A DNA stretch of 64,000 bases from Macrostomum hystrix (taxonomy: Eukaryota; Animalia; Platyhelminthes): NCBI GenBank assembly GCA_950097015.1, contig CATNEN010000035.1:620001-684000 (forward strand), given 5' to 3'. Positions 1 to 8,538 of this stretch are shown here, piece by piece (within the stretch, counting starts at the first letter, position 1; each line of letters starts with the position of its first letter). The notes under the pieces were generated by a model. That model saw only the letters and a program-made list of their open reading frames with translations, had not been told where the DNA came from and searched no databases. The position numbers were made by a program, and so were the translations under genes.

Positions 1-17
1 CTGCTGCTGCTGCTGCA

Positions 18-111
<94 letters not shown>

Positions 112-165
112 TTGCTGCTGTTGCTGCTGCTGTTGCTGCTGTTGCTGCTGCTGTTGCTGCTGCTC
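1..165. repeat. (CTG/TTG)n trinucleotide microsatellite, encoding poly-Q on the minus strand
   Basis: Directly visible and in frame with exon 1-351. Confidence 0.95.
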
Positions 166-1065
166 CCAGGGTTTTATGAATTCTTCCTCTCTTGTTTGGC
201 ATGGCGATCCTGTCATAGATACTATCACATAGTCCTGTGACTCAGTGCTCAAATTAATATTATCAAAGTCTTCAATTCCTGCCAGTTCTTGAAGTTCTTG
301 TGACAGACCATGGTTAATTGAATACTGCTGCTGCTGCTGCTGCTCGTCCTGCTGATAAAGTTATTCGATTTTCAAATAAAAAATTAACTCTTTCATACTT
401 CGCTGCTCTATTGCTTTTGCTCTTGTGTTTAATTCTTACAAAAAATTCTTACGTCTACTTCGAAAAGGTCCAAAATCAACTCATCGAAGCTTTTCTCCTT
501 AGGCTTAGCCTTCTTAGTCTCTGTGGTTTGCAGCGATGACACAGTCACCAGGTTCAAGTGCGCAAATGATGCCGCGTCTAAAACAATTGTTAGAGTTAGC
601 TTAACAGATTAATTGGACGCTATACTTGTCTACGTTCTTTAGGCCGTTAATAATGGCCGATTCCATATCAGATAGAAAGCGAAGTCGTTGATGCCATACT
701 CGTACATACCCGTAAGCGATAATCGCTTACTCACCTTGACTCGTTGACATCTCGATTCGCTATTATATATTATATTGAAGTCTAACAAAGTGTTGTACCG
801 TGTCGCGGGAAGTGCATAGTTGAAGAAGGCAGCACCTTGTTGGCTTTGAGGCACTATATATTTGCTTTGCTGGGTGTCTTTAAAACTGAAATGACGTCCA
901 TCACAAGGTATTACCGCGCGACTGCCATGGCAAAATGGCGTAGAGCGGTCTTCTACCACGTAGAATACAATACAGCATTGGCTGTTAGACTCAGGGGTCA
1001 TGGCTATTCCATGGATTCCCGCTGAGAATATTTTCAACTCGGATTTTCCAAGGAGAGGGTACAAC
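1..1065 (-). CDS. Spliced gene of unknown function with a C-terminal poly-Q tract (partial). Exons 735-1065, 453-599 and 1-351, running off the window.
   Basis: Acceptor tttttatactag at 1066, donor AAG|GTGAGT at 735, acceptor ctgttaag at 600, donor GAC|GTAAGA at 453, acceptor ttatcag at 352. Phases join without stops: ...RCQRVK|LTLTIVLDAASF...LFEVD|QDEQQQQQQYSINHG...KPWEQQQ. Confidence 0.65.
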
Positions 1066-1475
1066 CTAGTATAAAAATAGCAATGACAAGTCCGAAATAG
1101 CTTGGGCAGCTAACTAAGAATTCACGAGTTGGTTGGGTTGGCATGGCGAAGTTGCGCGGTCGCTGTTTCTATTTTTAGATGATACGTGAGGGGCATATTT
1201 AGCGTAGAGTGTGCTGCCGCTCTGTGCCAGTTCATTTAAGGTCACTATGAAAAAACGCTATTAAATAATTTTCGCTTTCGGTTTAGCACATACGAATAGA
1301 TGAGCTAAGCAAACAGGTTTAAAATAAATATTATCTTTAAACTATAAAGACTGATAGCATTTTGAACTTTGAGAATTAATGTAACGATTTCTAGCTCTTG
1401 GATTAACCCATAGATCTCCTGGATTCATTTAAAATATCTCTTGGATCTGTACGTAGCTCTGGAATTAGCGTGTTA

Positions 1476-2083
1476 ATCTCTGGGATTACTGAATGCATCT
1501 CTGGGATTACTGAATGCATCTCTGGGATTACTGAATGCATCTCTGGGATTACTGAATGCATCTCTGGGATTACTGAATGCATCTCTGTGATTACTGAATG
1601 CATCTCTGGGAGTAATGAATGCATCTCTGGGATTACTGAATGCATCTCTGGGATTACTGAATGCATCTCTGGGATTACTGAATGCATCTCTGGGATTACT
1701 GAATGCATCTCTGGGATTACTGAATGCATCTCTGGGATTACTGAATGCATCTCTGGGATTACTGAATGCATCTCTGGGATTACTGAATGCATCTCTGGGA
1801 TTACTGAATGCATCTCTGGGATTACTGAATGCATCTCTGGTAGCAATGAATGCATCTCTGGTAGTAATGAATGCATCTCTGGGAGTAATGAATGCATCTC
1901 TGGGAGTAATGAATGCATCTCTGGGATTACTGAATGCATCTCTGTGATTACTGAATGCATCTCTGGGAGTAATGAATGCATCTCTGGGATTACTGAATGC
2001 ATCTCTGGTAGCAATGAATGCATCTCTGGTAGTAATGAATGCATCTCTGGGAGTAATGAATGCATCTCTGGGAGTAATGAATG
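1476..2083. repeat. 21-bp minisatellite (ATCTCTGGGATTACTGAATGC)n, left part; interrupted by the LTR element
   Basis: About 29 tandem units. The same array resumes at 6071-6175. Confidence 0.95.
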
Positions 2084-2382
2084 TGTGAAATTATGAGATC
2101 TGAGACGAGTAAGTTAGGAGTAGAAAACAAGCACGCATTCATTAGCGTCCGCGCAGTCATATTTATTGTACTAGTACGACTCAATGGCTGACTCAGCATT
2201 GTTAGGAGATTAGGGGTGGGTGCTACAGCGCCTTGCATCAGTGAGAGAAAGTAAGCACAGTGGGGTGACATGGGTGCACGTGAACTATAGCCATGCAGAT
2301 AGCAAATAGCGAGTATTGAAATGACAATAACTAGCTGTTATAGAGTGGCGCGCAAATAGTACTTTTGCTAAGCTATCCGACA
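2084..2382 (-). repeat. 3' LTR (299 bp)
   Basis: Direct repeat of 5772-6070. The purine tract abuts it on the minus strand. Confidence 0.95.
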
Positions 2383-2394
2383 TCTCCCCCCTAA
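2383..2394 (-). promoter_or_regulatory. Polypurine tract (PPT)
   Basis: Minus strand reads TTAGGGGGGAGA immediately before the 3' LTR. Confidence 0.85.
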
Positions 2395-2450
2395 GGTTCT
2401 AAGCATCCCCAAAGTTCGTTATGCAATCAGAGTCAGAGTCAAGTCAATCA

Positions 2451-5400
2451 TCAAAGCTGCAGACGTTCAGGCGGCTGCCTCCGACGCTGAGGGTAGCGCC
2501 TGGTCGGGCTGGCCAACCTGTCAGCGGCTTCGGCGACCGCGGCATCCGGCGGCGCGTCGTTGCTGCCGTCGCCTCCGCCTGGCTCGGTGGGCGGCAGCGG
2601 CGGCTCAGCGATTCTGACCGATGGCTCCAGGGTAGCATCCGGCAGCGAGCTCGTCAGCAGCTGGTCAGTGTGCCGCCGATAGAGAGCGCCACCGACCTCG
2701 ACGTCGCAGTTGCGGGACCTGGCGGACACGACGGTGCCCTCGGCCCAGCGGGTTCCGCCGCCAGTCCTTGCGTCGGAGCTGAAGTCGCGCAGTAGAATTC
2801 GGTCGCCGGCTTGGAACTCGCGCGCCTGCGGCTGTTGCTCCACCTGGCGTTCGTGGCGCTGCTGCATGTTGCTCACCAGCGATGGCATCAGCAGGTCGAG
2901 CCGACTGCGCAGTTTGCGGCCGATGAGCAGCTGGCTGGGAGCGTCGCCGGTGATTGAGTGCGGCGTGTTGCGGTATGACATCAGCATCTGCTGCAGTGCT
3001 GCCGTCGAGTGCCCGCTCTTGAGGAGGTGTCGCTTGAGCACCTGCACGAATCTCTCCGCCTGGCCGTTCGTAGCAGGGTGGAGCGGCGCGGAGAAGATGT
3101 GGCGGATTCCGTTGCGCCTGGTGAACTCCGTGAACTCCGCGGAGGCGAACTGCGCACCGTTGTCAGAGACCAGCACTCGGGGGATGCCTAGTCTGGCGAA
3201 GACCTCGCGGAGCCGGTCGATCGTGGCCGCAGATGTCGTGCTGTGCATTTGGAAAACTTCCGGCCACTTGCTGTAGGCGTCTACGATCACCAGGTAGGTG
3301 CGGCCGTTAACCGGACCGGCGAAGTCCAGATGTAGCCGCGCCCACGGCTCTGACGGAAACGGCCACGGTTGCACCGGCGCCTTGGGTGGGTCAGCCTGGT
3401 TGAGGGCGCAGATCCGGCAGGACTTGACGGCCGCCTCCAGCTGCTTGTCCAATCCTGGCCACCAGACATAGCTGCGGGCCAGAGCTCGCATGCGGTTGAT
3501 GCCTGGGTGCGCTTGGTGCAGCTCATCCACCACGCCTTGTCGCAGGGCCGTCGGCACGACGACGCGAGATCCCCACAGCACGCAGCCTTGCTCCACACTC
3601 AGCTCGTCTCGGCGCCTTACGAAGTCGACTAGCTCAGCGGCAGCCATTGGAGAGCCCGTCTGTAGGCATCGAAGCACCCGGCCTAGGAGGGCGTCCGAGC
3701 GAGTGTGCCGGGCCACCGCCTGAGCCGTGATGGCGGATCCAGTCTCCTCGTCCAGCAGCAGAGCGTTGACGGCTGGCTCCTCTTCGAACTGCCTGGCCAG
3801 CGGCAAGCGGGACAGCGAGTCGCAGTTGGCGTGCTTGCTGGTGGGCCTGAACTCCAGCGAGTAGTCATAGCTGGCTAGGCGAATCGCCCAGCGCTGCATG
3901 CGCGCCGCCGCGTGCTCCGGAATGCCCTTGTGCTCGCCGAGGAGACCCAGGAGCGGTCGTTGAAGGACCTTGATCAGGTTCTGGTGATGCTGCTGCAGCG
4001 TCTTGCCCGTCACCAGAATGTCATCGACAAAGACCTGCACAGACTCCAGATCGCCGAGCAGAGAATCCAGCGTGCGCTGAAACACGGCGCTGGCGCAGTT
4101 GATTCCGAACGGCATTCGGTTCAGTTGGTATAGACCGCGCTGCGTGTTGATGGTCAAGTAGGGCTTGCTGTCCTCGGACAATGGCAGATGCAGGAACGCG
4201 TTTGACATGTCTAGTTTCGACCACTTGCAGCCGCCGCCCAGCTTGGCGAACATATCCTCGATGCGGGGCAGCGGGTACAGCTCCGGCCTGGCCTCAGCGT
4301 TGTAGGTCAGCTTGTAGTCGCCGCAGATCCTGACAGCACCATTCTTCTTGACGACCGGCACGATTGGCGCCGCCCAGTCGGAATATTTAACAGGCGTGAT
4401 GATACCGTCAGCCTCCATCCGCCGAAGCTCCTGGTCCACACGGTCCCTGAGCGCGTAGGGAACTGGTCGTGCCTTGAAGAAGCGCGGCTTGGCTTCCGCC
4501 GGCATGTGCAGCTTCACTTCGCCATGCCGATATGTGCCCAGGCCGCCTTGAAATACGTCGGGAAACTGCGCCTGCACGTCGTCTGCCTCTCCAGCCACCG
4601 CGTTGACCTGCCCGAAGATCTTCGGCCAGTCGAGTCTCAGCTGCGTCAGCCAGTCCCGGCCCAGCAGCGCGACGTCACCTTGATCGACCACCAGCAGCGT
4701 TAGCCGCCGATCCTGGCCATTGTACTGAACGGCGACATCCGCCTGTCCGACGGGCCTGAAGCTCTCGCCGGTGTAGGTCCGTAGCACCGTAGAAGTCGGC
4801 GATAGTCTTAGACCTGGCAGGGCCTCTCGCTGAATGCCCTTCGGGATGACGGTCAGGGCGGACCCAGTGTCCACTTCGAAGCGACATGGCTTACCCTGCA
4901 CCAGCAGCTCGACGACTAACCCCTTGCTAGATCCGCACTGCCGAACGCTGAAGAGGGGCTCCTGCAGCTCGGCCGGTTCCGGATCCACCTTGTGCAGCTT
5001 GGATGATTTGCACACCTTGCGAATGTGGCCGATTTTTCCGCAGTTATGGCACTTTGCCTCGCGCAGCTTGCAATGCTGTCGACTGTGAGCACCGCCGCAG
5101 CTCGCGCACGCGCCCGAGGCCGCAGCAGGCCGCGTTGCGCCGGCAGGAGCTCCGGCTGGCTGGCGGGGGGCCTGCTTGTTGGTCTCCTTGAATGCTGGAG
5201 GTTTCTTGTGGAAACGCAGGTGGGCCACCGCTTCCGCTCGGTGCGCCATTTCCGACGAGGATCTCTCCGCCGCCTCTAGTGCGTCGAGTCTGGCGAGCAG
5301 CGTCTTGAAGTCAGGCTTTTCGATCTCCAGCAGCTTAGCGCGGTGCGTATCGCTGCGGAGACCGAATACCAACTGGTCGCGCAGTCTTTCGTCCAGAGTG

Positions 5401-5759
5401 GTTCCGAATTCGCAGCGCTCTGATGCCGCTTTCAGGCCAGCGATGAAGTCAGCGAGGCTCTCACCGGGCTTCTGCACGCGCTGTTGAAATCTAAATCTGG
5501 CAGAGAGCATTGACGTCTTGGGCGCATAATACGCCTTTAGGATATCAGCTAGCTCAGTGTAGGGCTTGGAAACCACTGACTCCGGCAGGCATAGATTCCG
5601 TAGAACCTTGTAGGCATCCTCTCCGATAGCGGTTACCAGCGTGGCGACCTTTGCCTCGTCTCGGACTTCTTTGCAGATGAAATACTGTTCGAGCCTCTCT
5701 AAGTAGATATCAATGTCAGAGTTAGCAGAGAGTTCTGGAATTCTTCCAGTTGTAGCCAT
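2451..5759 (-). CDS. Gag-Pol polyprotein lacking the RT C-terminus and most of RNase H
   Basis: Zn knuckles CASCGGAHSRQHC and CHNCGKIGHIRKVC, protease VDTGS, RT motifs RICGDYK, SKLD and FVDD, integrase HHCC and D,D(35)E (LHLDF, SDNGAQF, AERFV). VLQR is fused directly to PLLGLLG at about 3957. Confidence 0.93.
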   Translation of the reverse strand: MATTGRIPELSANSDIDIYLERLEQYFICKEVRDEAKVATLVTAIGEDAYKVLRNLCLPESVVSKPYTELADILKAYYAPKTSMLSARFRFQQRVQKPGESLADFIAGLKAASERCEFGTTLDERLRDQLVFGLRSDTHRAKLLEIEKPDFKTLLARLDALEAAERSSSEMAHRAEAVAHLRFHKKPPAFKETNKQAPRQPAGAPAGATRPAAASGACASCGGAHSRQHCKLREAKCHNCGKIGHIRKVCKSSKLHKVDPEPAELQEPLFSVRQCGSSKGLVVELLVQGKPCRFEVDTGSALTVIPKGIQREALPGLRLSPTSTVLRTYTGESFRPVGQADVAVQYNGQDRRLTLLVVDQGDVALLGRDWLTQLRLDWPKIFGQVNAVAGEADDVQAQFPDVFQGGLGTYRHGEVKLHMPAEAKPRFFKARPVPYALRDRVDQELRRMEADGIITPVKYSDWAAPIVPVVKKNGAVRICGDYKLTYNAEARPELYPLPRIEDMFAKLGGGCKWSKLDMSNAFLHLPLSEDSKPYLTINTQRGLYQLNRMPFGINCASAVFQRTLDSLLGDLESVQVFVDDILVTGKTLQQHHQNLIKVLQRPLLGLLGEHKGIPEHAAARMQRWAIRLASYDYSLEFRPTSKHANCDSLSRLPLARQFEEEPAVNALLLDEETGSAITAQAVARHTRSDALLGRVLRCLQTGSPMAAAELVDFVRRRDELSVEQGCVLWGSRVVVPTALRQGVVDELHQAHPGINRMRALARSYVWWPGLDKQLEAAVKSCRICALNQADPPKAPVQPWPFPSEPWARLHLDFAGPVNGRTYLVIVDAYSKWPEVFQMHSTTSAATIDRLREVFARLGIPRVLVSDNGAQFASAEFTEFTRRNGIRHIFSAPLHPATNGQAERFVQVLKRHLLKSGHSTAALQQMLMSYRNTPHSITGDAPSQLLIGRKLRSRLDLLMPSLVSNMQQRHERQVEQQPQAREFQAGDRILLRDFSSDARTGGGTRWAEGTVVSARSRNCDVEVGGALYRRHTDQLLTSSLPDATLEPSVRIAEPPLPPTEPGGGDGSNDAPPDAAVAEAADRLASPTRRYPQRRRQPPERLQL

Positions 5760-5770
5760 CCTCGTCGCCA
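5756..5770 (-). promoter_or_regulatory. Primer-binding site complementary to the tRNA-Ser(GCU) 3' end; contains the gag ATG
   Basis: Minus strand TGGCGACGAGGATGG, 1 nt after the 5' LTR. The plus strand CCATCCTCGTCGCCA matches the 3' end of metazoan tRNA-Ser(GCU) as recalled. Confidence 0.8.
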
Positions 5771-5771
5771 A

Positions 5772-6070
5772 TGTGAAATTATGAGATCTGAGACGAGTAA
5801 GTTAGGAGTAGAAAACAAGCACGCATTCATTAGCGTCCGCGCAGTCATATTTATTGTACTAGTACGACTCAATGGCTGACTCAGCATTGTTAGGAGATTA
5901 GGGGTGGGTGCTACAGCGCCTTGCATCAGTGAGAGAAAGTAAGCACAGTGGGGTGACATGGGTGCACGTGAACTATAGCCATGCAGATAGCAAATAGCGA
6001 GTATTGAAATGACAATAACTAGCTGTTATAGAGTGGCGCGCAAATAGTACTTTTGCTAAGCTATCCGACA
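5772..6070 (-). repeat. 5' LTR (299 bp)
   Basis: Direct repeat of 2084-2382, followed on the minus strand by the PBS. Confidence 0.95.
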
Positions 6071-6680
6071 GAATGCATCTCTGGGAGTAATGAATGCATC
6101 TCTGGGAGTAATGAATGCATCTCTGGGATTACTGAATGCATCTCTGGGATTACTGAATGCATCTCTGGGAGTAATGGAATGTGGAATATTGGAATGTGGA
6201 ATATTGGATATGGAATATGGAATATAGGATATAGGATATGGGATACGGAATATGGTATATGGAATATGGGATATGGGATATGGGATATGAAATATGAATA
6301 TGAGATATGGAATATGGGACATGGAATATGGGATATGAAATATAATTATGAGATATGGAATATGGGACATGGAATATGGGATATGGAATATGGAATATGA
6401 AATATGAATATGAGATATGGAATATGGGACATGGAATATGGGATATGGAATATGGAATATGAAATACGGAATATGGAATATGGGGAATGGAATGTGGAAT
6501 ATGGGATATGGAATATGGAGTATGGAATATGGAATATGGAATATGGGATATGGGATACGGAATATGGAATGTGGGATATGGAATATGGAATATGGAATAT
6601 GGAATATGGAGTATGGAATATGGAATATGAAATATGGGATATGGAATTTGTAATATGGAATGTGAAATTCGGAATATGAA
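6071..6680. repeat. Remainder of the 21-bp array (6071-6175), then degenerate (GGAATAT)n simple repeat
   Basis: Directly visible. Confidence 0.9.
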
Positions 6681-7186
6681 CTCGCGTTGTTCAAACTCTA
6701 AAGAAATGAGCCATGCCAACCAGTTGTAAGCCCGTAATGAGCTGTGCATTTAGTGGTATTGCCAATTTTGTTTTACTAATTAACTGCGTACTCAAAGCTA
6801 CATAACAAGTGCAAGCAATCGGCATTGATCAGTTGTTTTAAATAAAGTGTCTTCTTTGAAGCTAAACCTAAAAGTACATTGCTTTTTAGCACGCGCTCAG
6901 AATCCTATGTTCAGCTGCTTTCGTGCTTACTCACAACGGACAAAACAATAGAAGACAAAATCATGAACAACAATAACAGTAAAATCAAGCAATTTGACGT
7001 GACGTTTCAATAAAAACGGTGTGCATTCTAAGCAATTTTTGTCTGCATTGAGAATAAAAAGCAACATGAGCATCTGCACTCAAATCTAAACAATGGGAAG
7101 ATTTTCCAGAAACAAACTTAATAAAATGATGTTTTAAGTGATTAAAATATGCTTAAAATACGCGTTCGTTGCAGTTGTATACTTCT

Positions 7187-7442
7187 AACTGACTGTACAC
7201 TAAAGTCAATGTACTTCAAACTGACTGTACACTAAAGTCAATGTACTTCAAACTGACTGTACACTAAAGTCAATGTACTTCAAACTGACTGTACACTAAA
7301 GTCAATGTACTTCAAACTGACTGTACACTAAAGTCAATGTACTTCAAACTGACTGTACACTAAAGTCAATGTGCTTCTAACTGACTGTACACTAAAGTCA
7401 ATGTACTTCTAAACTGACTGTACACTAAAGTCAATGTACTTC
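7187..7442. repeat. 32-bp minisatellite (CTGACTGTACACTAAAGTCAATGTACTTCAAA), about 8 copies
   Basis: Directly visible. Confidence 0.92.
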
Positions 7443-7714
7443 TTGCTGTGCCCAATTCATTTTTTTATACTTCTAGCTAACTGTAAGTCGCTGTCAATGA
7501 AGCTTCACTAGTTATAAAAAAGTTTTATCGCAGCATTGCAGGGCCCGCAATTTTTGCAGCATTTGAAAGCACACTATACTATGTGCGTAGTTCAATACTA
7601 CTATACGGTCACCTAAGAAAATGAAAAGGTCCATTAAATGACAGGTGCTGCCTATAACCTATAGAGTAATTGAGCTAGTACAAATGAAGCTATAATATCA
7701 CCTAAGTCATGTAG

Positions 7715-8538
7715 TCATGTGCTTGCAAAGTTATCATTGCTGTGCAGAAGCGTGCCACCGCTACTAGAAGGAGATGTTCCGTGACCAGGAAAAGGCAGTG
7801 GACGCTTTGCAGTCGCCTTCTTCTGCTGTTGCTTTTTCTTTTGCTGCTCCAGTTGATGCTGCTGCTGCTGCTGCAATTGTTCAATCCGTCTGAATTCCTT
7901 CAATAGATCGATGGCCTCTTCGGTGTTTTCTTCTAGCCGATAATCTGCCGCAGTGTCCGCTACGTCCACCCCGGTGGCGGCATTGTAGTTGAAGACTGGC
8001 TGGATTCGCAAAACCGACTGGCCCAGCGGAAGCTCCGGGCTCCGGTAGGTGTAGGGCAGCGGCGGCGCCGCGGAGGCACCGGTGCCGGTGAAAGTCCTGC
8101 TGGGTCTAGCGGTCGCATTGTGTGAGGTCGGACCATTGCCCATTGACTGTTCCAGGGGATCATTGTTGAAGAAAATCCTTGGGTACGGGAGCGGCTGTTG
8201 GTTGGGTTGCGGTAGCGACGTCGGAGATTGAAGCTCCGTCATCGTTGTCGCGTCCGCTACTGGCTTCGTCAAGGGTCGCAGTGCGATAGCTTGATGAATT
8301 GATGCCTCCTGGATAAGCAGGTCAATACGGGTGTACACAACGACAAGCGCTAACCCTTAAGGTTATAATAAGGTTTTAAACTGCCTGTTTAATGATGCCT
8401 GTGATTAAGCAAGCTTCGAGCTCAAGACTTTAACTAAAGTACAAAAAAATCTGAAAATGCGAGTACAGTAGACCCACCTCATCCTCCTTGCCAGTGTTGG
8501 CCGGGGCAGACCAGCGCTTTCTGTCAAGTCTTCGACGT
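7715..8538 (-). CDS. nrg: nrg cytoplasmic exons (8478-8538; 7715-8308)
   Basis: ttattttag|A CGT CGA AGA gives basic stop-transfer RRRLDRKR; donor GAG|GTGGGT. Acceptor cttatccag|GAG GCA opens a P/Q-rich tail to TAG. Confidence 0.72.

Larger units (their letters stand above)
2084..6070 (-). mobile_element. Ty3/gypsy LTR retrotransposon, Mag-like, internally deleted (3987 bp)
   Basis: Two 299-bp LTRs with TG..CA ends that look identical by eye, 5-bp TSD GAATG (2079-2083 and 6071-6075), PBS, PPT, and a single gag-pol ORF in PR-RT-IN order. Confidence 0.96.

Noticed and set aside
639-1064. Faint resemblance to SMAD MH2 or Rel IPT domains
   Set aside because: Motifs are out of order or too sparse, and the part after 735 is probably intron. 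This cannot be supported without an HMM search.
1403-6749. Repeat ORFs (CISGITE, MHSVIPE, YGIWNM), LTR ORFs 1990-2271 and 5699-5959, and antisense ORFs over pol
   Set aside because: They are by-products of tandem repeats, LTR sequence or the GC-rich gag-pol antisense strand.
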